Assembly: GCA_038213805.1 (NCBI GenBank)
Contig: JBBQSO010000031.1
Span: 1 to 52,831, forward strand
Direction of reading: 5' to 3'
Source of the DNA: Planctomycetota bacterium
GTDB taxonomy: Bacteria > Planctomycetota > UBA11346
DNA: 52,831 nucleotides
Shown in pieces: positions 17,843 to 27,243 of this stretch (the stretch's first letter is position 1; every line of letters starts with the position of its first letter). The position numbers and the translations under genes were made by a program. Below the pieces are notes generated by a model, which made no database searches, was not told the DNA's origin, and saw nothing but the letters and a program-made list of their open reading frames with translations.

Positions 17843-18973
17843 ATGAACGCCCGCACGGCTTTCCTTTTGAGCGTCCTCTGCCTCGGCGGCGCTCAGGCCG
17901 TGGCCTCGTTCGTGCTGACCCCGATGCGCGCCGAGCTGGTGCCCAACCGCGACGTCTATGGCGCGCTCAAGCCGGGCGAGTTCGCGGGCACGCTGATGCT
18001 CGGCGGCTTCCGCGGGCTGGCCTGCGACCTGCTGTGGATGCGCGCCACCAACGCCAAGGAGGCCGGGCGCTTCTACGAGAGCGTGGCGCTGGCCGGCTCG
18101 ATCACGCGCATCCAGCCGCGTTTCGAACAGATCTGGGAATACATGGCCTGGGACATGGCCTACAACATCGCCGCCGAGGTCGATGATGAGGCCGGCAAAT
18201 GGAGCTGGTTCGTCGCCGGGCTCGAGGTCAACGCCCAGGGCTGCCAGCGCAACCCGCAGGGCGACCGCCTGGTCCGCCACCTCGCCTGGATGTTCTTCCA
18301 CAAGGGCGACGATTTCCGCAGCCGCATCGAAGGCGCGAACTGGGCGCCACTGCTGAATCCGGTGCTGGCGGTGATCGCACCACAACTGCGCAGCGCAGCC
18401 GTACCGCAGGTCGCTGACGCGGCGAAGCTGCCGCTGCTGACCGGCAGCGCCACGGTCGATCCGCTGCCCGCGACGCTGCCGCCCTTCCCCGCGCAGCCCG
18501 GCCAGGGCAACTACCAGATCGCGGAGCGCCTGTACCGCGCCGCGATCGCGGTCGCCCAGGCCAACCACCGCAAGGTCGCGCCCTGGGTGATGCGCATGGT
18601 CGCGGTCGCCATCGAGCGCGACGGCAACCGCCTGCGCAACGCCGGTCGCCACCGCGAGGCCTTGTTGCGCTGGCTGGCATGCCTGGACGAGTGGCAGCGC
18701 GTCATCGCGTGGAGCGGCCAACCGCCCAGCGACGCGGACGATCGCGACGACCGCGAGACCACCATGGAGATCGGCCAGCACAACGATGGCCGACTGCGCC
18801 GCAAGGCGGCGCTGCTCGCCGAACAGCTCGCCGCCGATCCGGCCGTGGGCCGCAGCACCGCGGACGCGATCGGCGCGCTGCGACTCGACGACGCGCGCCG
18901 CGCCCTCGCCACGCCGGATGCGTGGCACGAGACCGTGGCGCGCACGCGCATCCGCTGGCTGGACGAGCGCTGA
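17843..18973 (+). CDS. ABC-associated helical protein (PilG/XapA-like)
   Basis: N-terminal hydrophobic segment; LGGFRGLACDLLWMRA...ITRIQPRFEQIWEYMAWDMAYN. Confidence 0.65.
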   Translation: MNARTAFLLSVLCLGGAQAVASFVLTPMRAELVPNRDVYGALKPGEFAGTLMLGGFRGLACDLLWMRATNAKEAGRFYESVALAGSITRIQPRFEQIWEYMAWDMAYNIAAEVDDEAGKWSWFVAGLEVNAQGCQRNPQGDRLVRHLAWMFFHKGDDFRSRIEGANWAPLLNPVLAVIAPQLRSAAVPQVADAAKLPLLTGSATVDPLPATLPPFPAQPGQGNYQIAERLYRAAIAVAQANHRKVAPWVMRMVAVAIERDGNRLRNAGRHREALLRWLACLDEWQRVIAWSGQPPSDADDRDDRETTMEIGQHNDGRLRRKAALLAEQLAADPAVGRSTADAIGALRLDDARRALATPDAWHETVARTRIRWLDER

Positions 18974-18976
18974 GGC

Positions 18977-19852
18977 ATGGATCGCGGACGCGCCCTGGCG
19001 ATCGGCAAGTTCGACGCCCTGCACCTCGGCCACCGCGCCCTGGCGGAACGCGCGGCTGCGCTCGGCGAGCCGCTGCTGCTCGGCTTCGCGGGCATGGCCG
19101 AGGTGCTCGGCTGGCCGGCGCGCCCGCCGCTGCTGGCGGTTGCTGAGCGCGCGCGGGTGCTCGCCGCGTGGTCGTCACGCCTGCCCGGACCCGTCGTCGA
19201 GGAGACCCTGCCCTTCGCCGAGATCCGGCCGCTCGACGCCGCCGCCTTCGTGGCGCTGGTGCGCACGCGCTGTGCGGCGCGCGCGCTGGTGGTGGGCGAC
19301 GACTTCCGCTGCGGCCGCGGGCGCGCGACCTCGGCGCACGAGCTGGTCGCCATCGCCGCCGCGCAGGATGTGGCGGTGGCGATCGTGCCGCCGGTGACCT
19401 GGGCGGGCGCGCCGGTGTCGTCGAGCCGGGTGCGCCAGGCGCTGGCCGTCGGCGACCTCGCCACCGTCAGCGGCTGCCTCGGCCGGCCCTACCGGATCAG
19501 CGGGCTGGTGGTGCGCGGCGACGGCCGCGGCCGCGCCCTGGGCGTGCCCACCGCCAACCTCGCCAACCGCCCCAGCGCCGACCCCGCCGTCGGCGTCTAC
19601 GCCGCCTGGGCCGAACTCGACGGCCAGCGGCTGCCCGCCGCGGTCAACGTCGGCCACCTGCCCACGGTCGGCGACGCGCGCCCGCTGACCGTCGAGGCGC
19701 ACCTGCTCGGCTGGAGCGGCGACTGTTACGGGCGCACCCTGCACCTCGACCTGGTCGCGCGGCTGCGCGACGAGCGGCGCTTCAACGGGCTCGACGCGCT
19801 GAAGGCGCAATTGACGCAGGACTTCGCCGCGGCGCGCGCCGCGCTGGCCTGA
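18977..19852 (+). CDS. ribF: Bifunctional riboflavin kinase/FAD synthetase
   Basis: FDALHLGH, VSSSRVR, GRALGVPTAN, VEAHLL, RLRDERRF. Confidence 0.93.
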   Translation: MDRGRALAIGKFDALHLGHRALAERAAALGEPLLLGFAGMAEVLGWPARPPLLAVAERARVLAAWSSRLPGPVVEETLPFAEIRPLDAAAFVALVRTRCAARALVVGDDFRCGRGRATSAHELVAIAAAQDVAVAIVPPVTWAGAPVSSSRVRQALAVGDLATVSGCLGRPYRISGLVVRGDGRGRALGVPTANLANRPSADPAVGVYAAWAELDGQRLPAAVNVGHLPTVGDARPLTVEAHLLGWSGDCYGRTLHLDLVARLRDERRFNGLDALKAQLTQDFAAARAALA

Positions 19853-19883
19853 TCGCGAGATCCCGGAACCGGCGTGCGGAGCC

Positions 19884-19956
19884 TTCCAGGGACCGCGCGC
19901 CGCTGACGCGCTCGTCGGGTGACGGAGAGCGCGCCAGCGGCGCGCGGTCCCAGGAA
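19884..19956. repeat. REP-like inverted doublet
   Basis: Arms 19889-19913 and 19927-19951 are reverse complements with one mismatch. Confidence 0.75.
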
Positions 19957-20043
19957 TGGCCCTGGACGATGCTGGCGAGGTCATGGGTCGGCACTCGGCG
20001 TCGCGCGTTGTCGCGCCCTCCTCGGCAGCTAGGATCCCTGACG

Positions 20044-20940
20044 ATGAGCGAGCGCGACGATCTGCTGCGCAACCTGCGCAACCTGGTGGAGCTCGACCGT
20101 GGCTTCGGCGTCGAATTTCTGCCGCGGATCGAGGGCGCGCCCGTCGCCGCGCCCGCCACTACGACGCTGTCACCACGCGTCCCGGCCCTCGCACCGGCGA
20201 CTCCGACCGCCCGCCTCGCCGCCCCTCCGGCCGTCCTCGTCCAGCCAACCGCGGCCCCTGCCGCCGACCTCGCGCCTCGCGCCTCGCGACTCGCGCCCAC
20301 CCTGCCAGCCGCCACCACTCCAACCACGTCCCCCGCCGCGCCGGCGGATGCGCATCAGCTTCCCGCATCCCCCGCCGACCTCCCGACCATCGCCACGGGC
20401 ATCGCCGCCTGCACGCGCTGCGGCCTGTGCTCCGGCCGCACCCGCACGGTGCCCGGCGAGGGCGCGCCGCGCGCCGCGCTGCTGTTCGTCGGCGAGGGCC
20501 CCGGCGCGGACGAGGACGCCAGCGGCCGGCCCTTCGTCGGCGCTGCTGGCCAGCTGCTGACGAAGATGATCCAGGCCATGGGCTTGGCGCGCGAAGAGGT
20601 GTTCATCGCCAACGTGGTGAAGTGCCGCCCGCCCGACAACCGCACGCCGACCCCGGCCGAAGCCGCCGCCTGCATGCCGTGGCTGCGCGAGCAGATCGCT
20701 GCCATCCGCCCGACCGTGATCTGCACCCTCGGCAACACCCCGCTGCGCGCCCTGCTCGGCGACGACACCCTGGGCATCACCCGCCTGCGCGGCCAGCGCT
20801 TCACCTACGCGGGAATTCCCCTGATCCCGACCTTCCATCCCAGCTACCTGCTGCGCAATCCCGCCGGCAAGAAGCCCTGCTGGGAGGACTTGCAGCTCGT
20901 GCTCAAGGAACTTGGCCGCACGCCACCGGGTAAAGGGTAA
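20044..20940 (+). CDS. udg: Family 4 [4Fe-4S] uracil-DNA glycosylase with Pro/Ala-rich linker
   Basis: CTRCGLC, VGEGPG, PFVGAAG, KCRPP, HPSYLLR. Confidence 0.92.
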   Translation: MSERDDLLRNLRNLVELDRGFGVEFLPRIEGAPVAAPATTTLSPRVPALAPATPTARLAAPPAVLVQPTAAPAADLAPRASRLAPTLPAATTPTTSPAAPADAHQLPASPADLPTIATGIAACTRCGLCSGRTRTVPGEGAPRAALLFVGEGPGADEDASGRPFVGAAGQLLTKMIQAMGLAREEVFIANVVKCRPPDNRTPTPAEAAACMPWLREQIAAIRPTVICTLGNTPLRALLGDDTLGITRLRGQRFTYAGIPLIPTFHPSYLLRNPAGKKPCWEDLQLVLKELGRTPPGKG

Positions 20941-21046
20941 GGCGCAGCGGAGCTGAGCTGAGCGCGAGGTCGCGGGTGGGTGGGACGTCCACGTCGTCTC
21001 GCGGAGCACCAAGCACCGGCTCGCCCATTGGGACGGCCGGACCCGA

Positions 21047-21076
21047 GCCGAGCTGGGGCTCGGCGCTCCCAGGGGA
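21047..21076. repeat. Single REP-like palindrome
   Basis: GCCGAGCTGGGGCTCGGC hairpin followed by GCTCCCAGGGGA, an end shared with the 27013-27086 element. Confidence 0.55.
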
Positions 21077-21211
21077 CAGCCGGGAAGCACCCCTGGCTCG
21101 TGTGGGCGACCTCGGCTTTTCCACCCGGGGTCCCCCGTCGCGTCTGCCCCTCCCGGGTTCCCCGATTGGCGGTTGGACTCCCCCCCAGCCGGGCGTACCC
21201 TACACACATCC

Positions 21212-24200
21212 ATGGCCGAATTCGACGCCGACAGCCCTGAGGACAAGCTCGTCCAGGAGGCGGAGGAGCTGATGCGTCAGCGCCGCTTCCTCGATGCGGC
21301 CTCGCGCTACCGCGACGTGCGCCGGCATTCGCCGACCGATCTGTGGGCCAACCTCGGCTACGTCAGCGCGTTGGAATGCGCCGGCAACGTTGCCGAGGCC
21401 GAGCAGGCGCTGGAAGAGGCCACCGGCAGCCACCGCAGCTCGGCGCCCCTGCACCGCTTCCGCCACCTGTTCTTCGTGCGCCGCGAGGACCTGCGCCGCG
21501 CCGCGCTCAGCCAGGCCGCGCTCCAGCTCGAGGTCGTCGAAGAAGGCCCCGAGGACCAGCTCGCCGACCTCTACTTCAACCAGGGCCGCTACCACGAGGC
21601 GCGCGCCGAACTGGAACGCCTGCTGCGCGACCCGGCGATGGCGGTGCGCGACGACCACGAGCTGCGCGCCAGCATCATCGCGCGCATCGGCGCCTGCCTG
21701 CGCCAGAGTGGCGAGCACGAACCCGCGCGCGAGCGCCTGAGCGAGTCGCTGGCGCTGGAGCCCGGCAACCACTGGACGCTGTCCGAGCTCGCCGAGGTCG
21801 AGCGCGCACTGGGCAACATCGTGCAGGCGCGTCGCCGCTACCGCGAGTCGCTTGAGGTCAATCCCAGCGACCAGTGGACGCGCGGCCACCTCGCCCAGCT
21901 CGAGAGCGAGGACGGCAACCTCGGCGCGGCGATCGCGCTCTACGAAGAGATCATCGCCGCCGAGCCCAAGGCGGCGTGGGCCAAGGTCGAGCTCGCGCAG
22001 GCGCTCGGCGAGAGCGACGGCGAGCGCGCGCGCACGCTGTGCGAGGCCGCGCTCGACGACGATCCCGCCTACCCGTGGGCGCACGCCCAGCTCGGCAACC
22101 TGGCGCGCCGCGCCGGCCACCTCGACGAGGCGCGCAAGCGCTTCGAGAACGCCGCCGCCGCCTCGCCGGGCGCGACCTGGATCCTGCACGAGCAGGCCGA
22201 CATCTGCCGCCACCTCGGCCGCCTCGAGGAGGCCTACGCGCACCTCGAACGCGCCAAGGGCCTCAACCCCTACGACGCGGTCACCTACGGCTACTTCGCC
22301 GATCTGCTGCGTCACGAGGGCAAGCAGGCCGCCGCGGTCGGCTACCTGGAAAAGGCGGTCGAGTTCGACGAAGACTACACCTGGGCGTGGCGCGAGCTCG
22401 CCGAGCTGCGCGCCCTGGCCGGCCGCCACGACGAGGCCGAGCGCGCCTACCGCCGCGCCCTGGCGCTGGAACCCGAAGAGGCGATCAACGACGGCCTCAA
22501 GGCCTTCCTGCTGCGCTGCCGCGGCCGGCGCGACGCGGCGATGCCCTACCTTGAGCGCGCGGTCGAGACCCAGCCCGACTACCTGTGGGCGTGGCGCGAA
22601 CAGATCGACCACCACCTCGCCGCCGGGCGCCCCGCCGCGGCCGAGGCCGCCGCGCGCCGCGGCCTGGCCGCGATGACCGAGGCGCCACCGCTGCTCGCCC
22701 TGCTTGCCGAGGCGCTGCGCCGTCAGGGCAAGCGCGCCGAGGCCGCCGAGGTCGCGACCAAGGCCATCGCCGCGGCCGGCGACACCGCCCAGCTGTGGGC
22801 GATCCAGGCCGAAATCGCCGCAGAAGAGGACGACCTGCCCACCGCGCAGCGCTGCGCGGCGCGCGCGGTCGAGCTCGACAACGCCCCCGAGTACCAGGCG
22901 CTGCACGCGCGCATCCTGCTCGCGCTTGGCCGCGACGACGAGGCCGACCAGGCGATCGCCGCGCTGCTGGCACCGGCGCAGCCGATCCTGCCCGCCTTCG
23001 AACTCTCCGCCGCGCTCGCCGAGCGCCGCCAGCAGCCCGAAGTGGCGCGCGGCTGGTGCGAGCGCGGCCTGGCCGCCTTCCCGCACGAGCCGCGCCTGCT
23101 GCTGCGTCGCGCGCGCCTGGGCGTGCAGGCCGCCGGCAGCGCCGAGGCCAAGGCCGCCGCGGTCGCGCCGCTCGCGGTGCTCTTCGAGCGTGCCGCAGGC
23201 GAGCGCGTGCCATGGCGCGACCTTGCCCAGCTCTTCGCCAGCGCGGGCCAGAGCCTGCACGCGCGTCGCGCCGCGCATCTGCAGCTCGCCGCCGCGCACG
23301 CCACCGGCGAGGAGCCGTCCGCCGGCGACGCCGCGCGTGGCGAACAGGCGCGCGCCTGGCTGGCGGTGGCCGAGACCGAGCTCGCCCTGGGCAACCCCGG
23401 CGACGCGCTCCAGGCCCTCGGCCAGTCGCTGGCCCGCGACGCGGTGGCGGTGCCGGCGCACATCCTGGGCGCGGTGCTCGCCGAGCAGCGCGGCGACCTC
23501 GCCACCGCCGCCACCCACCTCGAGCACATCGACCGCCAGCTGCGCGCCGGCGGCCCGGACCAGGCGGCGAGCGCGCACGCCGGCCTGCTCGCGCGCCAGC
23601 TCGCCGCGCTGTACGAGCGCCAGGGCCGCCTCGCCGACGCCGAGGCGTTGTGGCGCCGCCTGGTCGCCGAACCCGGCGGCGAGCCGCCCGCGCCCGCCCT
23701 GCACCGCGCCGAGTTCGCGACCTTCCTGCTGCGCCAGGGCCGCCTCGCCGAGGCCGAACCGCTGGCGGCTGAGATCCTGCCCGGGCTACTCGCCGGGCGC
23801 GCCGCCCAGGCGGTCGAGACCCAGCACCTGCTGCGCGACCTGACCCTGCGCCGCGCCAGTCGCCCGGGCGGCGGCCGCGACAGCCTGCGCGCGGCCTGCG
23901 CCGGGCTGGCGGCGCACGACGACCAGCTCTCGACCAGCAACCGCCTGCTGCTCGTCCAGCTCGCCCTGGTCTGCGAGGACCACGCCACCGCGCGCCACCA
24001 GCTCGACCGCGCCCAGGCCGCCGAGCCGGGCAATCGCGCGGTCGGCCTGCTGCGCGTGCGCCTGCACCTGGCCACGCGCGACGCCGCCGCCGGCGAGCGC
24101 CTGGCGCGCGAGCTGTGGGAGCAGGCGCGCGGCGACCAGGAGGCCGCCGCCCTGCACGCCGAATGCCTGGCCGAGCGCGGCTCCTTCGCGGCGGCCCTGG

Positions 24201-24679
24201 CGGTGCTCGACGATCCCGCCCTGCCCGCGCGCCCGCTCCAGGAGCGCGGCCTGCTCGCCGCCTTCATCGCGCTCGAGGCCCACGGTGTGCCGGCCTGCCT
24301 GGCGCGCCTGGGCCGCCTCGCGCCGCCCGACGCGGCCACGCCGCTGGTGCGTGTGCTCGCCGCCGCCTGGCCCGAACTGTGGCCCGGGCTGGCCGTGCTG
24401 CCCGCCGGCCGCGACGACCTGTTCAGCCTGCCGGCCTTCCCGCAGGCCGCCCTGCGCCTGGCCGCAGCGCTCGGCGCCCAGGGCCGCGCCGCGCTCGCCG
24501 CCGAACAGCTGCTGCTGACCGCCGACACCCTGGCCGGCCGCGGCGAGATCGCGGCCGCGCGCCGCCTGCGCACTGCCGCGGTGCCGCACCTGCTGGCCAG
24601 CGGCGCGCGCCGGCGCGCCCTGCGCACCGCCTGGCTGGCGCGCGCGTATCCCATGCTGCTGCGCTGCCTGTGGCCCTGA
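21212..24679 (+). CDS. Large tetratricopeptide-repeat protein (about 1155 aa)
   Basis: Many 34-aa TPR units (A..Y..AL...P); no signal peptide. Confidence 0.9.
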   Translation: MAEFDADSPEDKLVQEAEELMRQRRFLDAASRYRDVRRHSPTDLWANLGYVSALECAGNVAEAEQALEEATGSHRSSAPLHRFRHLFFVRREDLRRAALSQAALQLEVVEEGPEDQLADLYFNQGRYHEARAELERLLRDPAMAVRDDHELRASIIARIGACLRQSGEHEPARERLSESLALEPGNHWTLSELAEVERALGNIVQARRRYRESLEVNPSDQWTRGHLAQLESEDGNLGAAIALYEEIIAAEPKAAWAKVELAQALGESDGERARTLCEAALDDDPAYPWAHAQLGNLARRAGHLDEARKRFENAAAASPGATWILHEQADICRHLGRLEEAYAHLERAKGLNPYDAVTYGYFADLLRHEGKQAAAVGYLEKAVEFDEDYTWAWRELAELRALAGRHDEAERAYRRALALEPEEAINDGLKAFLLRCRGRRDAAMPYLERAVETQPDYLWAWREQIDHHLAAGRPAAAEAAARRGLAAMTEAPPLLALLAEALRRQGKRAEAAEVATKAIAAAGDTAQLWAIQAEIAAEEDDLPTAQRCAARAVELDNAPEYQALHARILLALGRDDEADQAIAALLAPAQPILPAFELSAALAERRQQPEVARGWCERGLAAFPHEPRLLLRRARLGVQAAGSAEAKAAAVAPLAVLFERAAGERVPWRDLAQLFASAGQSLHARRAAHLQLAAAHATGEEPSAGDAARGEQARAWLAVAETELALGNPGDALQALGQSLARDAVAVPAHILGAVLAEQRGDLATAATHLEHIDRQLRAGGPDQAASAHAGLLARQLAALYERQGRLADAEALWRRLVAEPGGEPPAPALHRAEFATFLLRQGRLAEAEPLAAEILPGLLAGRAAQAVETQHLLRDLTLRRASRPGGGRDSLRAACAGLAAHDDQLSTSNRLLLVQLALVCEDHATARHQLDRAQAAEPGNRAVGLLRVRLHLATRDAAAGERLARELWEQARGDQEAAALHAECLAERGSFAAALAVLDDPALPARPLQERGLLAAFIALEAHGVPACLARLGRLAPPDAATPLVRVLAAAWPELWPGLAVLPAGRDDLFSLPAFPQAALRLAAALGAQGRAALAAEQLLLTADTLAGRGEIAAARRLRTAAVPHLLASGARRRALRTAWLARAYPMLLRCLWP

Positions 24680-25446
24680 TCGCCCTCACCCGGTTGACCG
24701 TCGCCGACACCGTGCGCCAGCCGGTGACGTGGCTGATGACCGCGGTGTCGCTGGTCCTGCTCGGCCTGACCTACCTGTTCGGCGAGTTCAACTTCGAGGC
24801 CCAGGACCGTATGCGCATGATCGCCACCGCCGGCGTCGCGGTGGGAGTGATCAACGGCCTGTTCCTGGCCGTGGTCGGCGCCTCGCAGAGCGTCCACGAC
24901 GAGCTCGCCAGCCGCACCGCCCTGACGCTCTTCGCCAAACCGCTCAGCCGGGGCAGCTTCCTCTCGGGCAAGGCGCTGGGCATCTGGTTGACGGTGGCGG
25001 CCTCGGGCGCGGTGGTGGCCCTCGGCCACCTGCTGGTGCTGTGGCTGGCCTGGCGCTACGGCTTCGTCGACGAGCACAACCACGGCGGGAACCAGGAGAC
25101 CGTGGTGCCGTGGGGCACGGTGCTGGCCGCCCACGCCCTGGCGCTGGCGCACAACGCCGTGCTGACCTGCATCGCCGCGGTGCTGGCCCTGCGCCTGCCG
25201 CTGACCGCCAACATCCTGGTGTGCTTCGCGGTGTTCGTGGGCTCGCACCTGCTCGCCGGCATGGGGCTGATGGGCGTGGTGGTGGTGCCGGCCCTGGCCC
25301 TGTACAACCTCGACGACAGTATTCAGCTGGCCGATCACCCTTTGACGCTTTCCTATGCCTTGACGGCCCTGCTCTATACCATCCTGCTCTGCGCCGGCTG
25401 GCTGCTTGCCGGGCTGGCGCTGTTCAAACGCCAGGATATCGCTTGA
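24670..25446 (+). CDS. Second ABC exporter permease (PilI-like)
   Basis: GTG start overlapping TPR gene end; DELASRTALTLFAKPLSRGSFLSGK; about 6 TM; C-terminal FKRQDI. Confidence 0.85.
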   Translation: MALIALTRLTVADTVRQPVTWLMTAVSLVLLGLTYLFGEFNFEAQDRMRMIATAGVAVGVINGLFLAVVGASQSVHDELASRTALTLFAKPLSRGSFLSGKALGIWLTVAASGAVVALGHLLVLWLAWRYGFVDEHNHGGNQETVVPWGTVLAAHALALAHNAVLTCIAAVLALRLPLTANILVCFAVFVGSHLLAGMGLMGVVVVPALALYNLDDSIQLADHPLTLSYALTALLYTILLCAGWLLAGLALFKRQDIA

Positions 25447-25477
25447 TCATCCCGGGTCCCTACACGAAGGTCTGAAC

Positions 25478-26209
25478 GTGCGTTACGCATTCCTAGGCGA
25501 CATCCACGGCAACACCGAGGCCCTCGAGGCGGTGTTGACAGCGATCCGCGCCGAGAACATCGAGAAGATCGTCTGCCTGGGGGACATCGTCGGGTATGGC
25601 GCCGAGCCGGCGCGCTGCCTGGAGATGATCCGCGAGCTCAAGTGCGACGTGATCGCCGGCAACCACGACTGGGCCGCGGTCGGCAAGGTCTCGATCGACT
25701 GCTTCAATGCCTACGCCAAGGCCGCCGCGATCTGGACGCGCGAGCAGCTGACCGACGAGCAGAAGGACTGGATCCTGACCCTGCCGCTGACCCTGACCTA
25801 CCCGGACTGCGCAGTTGCCCACGGCACCTTCCACCAGCCCGAGGCTTTCAACTACATCCAGACCGTGTTCGACGCGCAGCAGAGCTTCGAGTCGCTGCGC
25901 AAGCTCGGCGCCAAGCTCGGCTTCCTCGGCCACAGCCACGTGCCGGTCGGCTTCTTCGACACCGATCCGATCACCTACACGCTCGACGGCGACATCCCCA
26001 TCGACGATGAGATCTCGATCATGGTGAATGCCGGCAGCGTCGGCCAGCCGCGCGATGAGAACAACAAGGCGAGCTTCGCCGTGCTCGACTCGACGACCAA
26101 GCAGGTGACCATCAACCGCGTCGAGTACGACATCGACGCCGCGGCCAACAAGATCCGCGAGGTCGGCCTGCCGGAAATCCTGGCGGCGCGGCTGTATCAG
26201 GGCAAATAG
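25478..26209 (+). CDS. Calcineurin-like metallophosphoesterase
   Basis: GDIHGN, GDIVGYG, GNHD, GHSH, NAGSVGQPRD. Confidence 0.92.
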   Translation: MRYAFLGDIHGNTEALEAVLTAIRAENIEKIVCLGDIVGYGAEPARCLEMIRELKCDVIAGNHDWAAVGKVSIDCFNAYAKAAAIWTREQLTDEQKDWILTLPLTLTYPDCAVAHGTFHQPEAFNYIQTVFDAQQSFESLRKLGAKLGFLGHSHVPVGFFDTDPITYTLDGDIPIDDEISIMVNAGSVGQPRDENNKASFAVLDSTTKQVTINRVEYDIDAAANKIREVGLPEILAARLYQGK

Positions 26210-26226
26210 CGCCGGGGGCCGGCGCG

Positions 26227-26264
26227 GCTGATGGCTGAAACCGGCGCTTCGCGCCGGTTTCAGC
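26227..26264. repeat. Hairpin element with adjacent GATGGCT unit
   Basis: GCTGAAACCGGCGC-ttc-GCGCCGGTTTCAGC; same core at 30771-30810. Confidence 0.75.
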
Positions 26265-26360
26265 GAAGGCATAGGAACAACGTCCCGTCATGCGTACGAC
26301 GCGTAGCGGGGATCCCCAGCACGGTTCAGACCGCTTCACCACACCGCACCCCCCGTACCC

Positions 26361-26990
26361 ATGGCCATCAGCCATCAGCCATCAGCCATCAGCCCCAGGA
26401 TAAAATTCTGCGGCTTCACCCGCGATGAGGACGTGCGCAACGCCGTCGATCTCGGCGTCGATGCGATCGGCCTCAATCTCGCGCGCGGCCCGCGACGCAT
26501 CGCCGTGGCGCACGCGGCCGCGCTGGCACGGCTGATCCCGCCATTCGTCAGCGCGGTGGCGCTGTTCGTCGACGCCGATGAGGCGACCATCCTGGCGGCG
26601 ATGCAGGCGACGCGCTGCACCGTGGTCCAGCTCCACGGCAGCGAGCCGCCCGAGTTGGCGGAGCGGCTGCGCGCGCGCTTCCCGGTGCTCAAGGCCTTCG
26701 CCATCACGGATGAGGATGGCCTGGCCGCGATGCGGGGCTATCCGGCGGATGCCTACCTGCTCGATTCCGCTGGTGGCGGCACCGGGGTGTTGTGGGACCA
26801 TGAACTGCTCGCTGATGCCGAAATCGACAGGCCGGTGATACTCGCGGGTGGCCTGACCCCCGCGAATGTCGCACGGTCGATCAGGGCGACCCGCCCGTTC
26901 GGCGTCGATGTGTCCAGCGGGATCGAATCCGCGCCGGGCATCAAGGACGTGACGCGGATGCGCGCCTTCATCGCCGCCGCCGGGGGCTGA
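26361..26990 (+). CDS. trpF: Phosphoribosylanthranilate isomerase
   Basis: IKFCGFT, VQLHGSE, LLDS..GGTG, ILAGGLTP, GVDVSSGIE. Confidence 0.95.
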   Translation: MAISHQPSAISPRIKFCGFTRDEDVRNAVDLGVDAIGLNLARGPRRIAVAHAAALARLIPPFVSAVALFVDADEATILAAMQATRCTVVQLHGSEPPELAERLRARFPVLKAFAITDEDGLAAMRGYPADAYLLDSAGGGTGVLWDHELLADAEIDRPVILAGGLTPANVARSIRATRPFGVDVSSGIESAPGIKDVTRMRAFIAAAGG

Positions 26991-27012
26991 ATCGACCCCG
27001 CAAGACCGGGAT

Positions 27013-27086
27013 CGTCCCCTGGGACCGCAGGCGACCCGCCCGCCTGACGTCCTATGCGGGCGGGTCGCCCGCGGTCCCAGGGGACG
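27013..27086. repeat. REP-like inverted doublet
   Basis: 31-bp arms 27013-27043 and 27056-27086, one mismatch. Confidence 0.8.
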
Positions 27087-27243
27087 TCGCCGCTGCCTTC
27101 CAAGGACGCTGGGGAGTTCCCTCGCTGCTCGCGACTCGCCAACCGGAGGGGCACACGCCGCCCGCCATTGATCGCATCGCGGGGAGAGCGACAACTCCCC
27201 CATGCTCCCCCCCCGTCCCGGCGGTCCGGCGCTCGCCCGGCCC

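Noticed and set aside
22723..25338. Long antisense ORFs (this one, 30889-33807, 10866-12770, 38047-40044 and similar)
   Set aside because: Shadow frames of genuine genes in high-GC DNA; low-complexity Arg/Ala/Ser translations with no motifs
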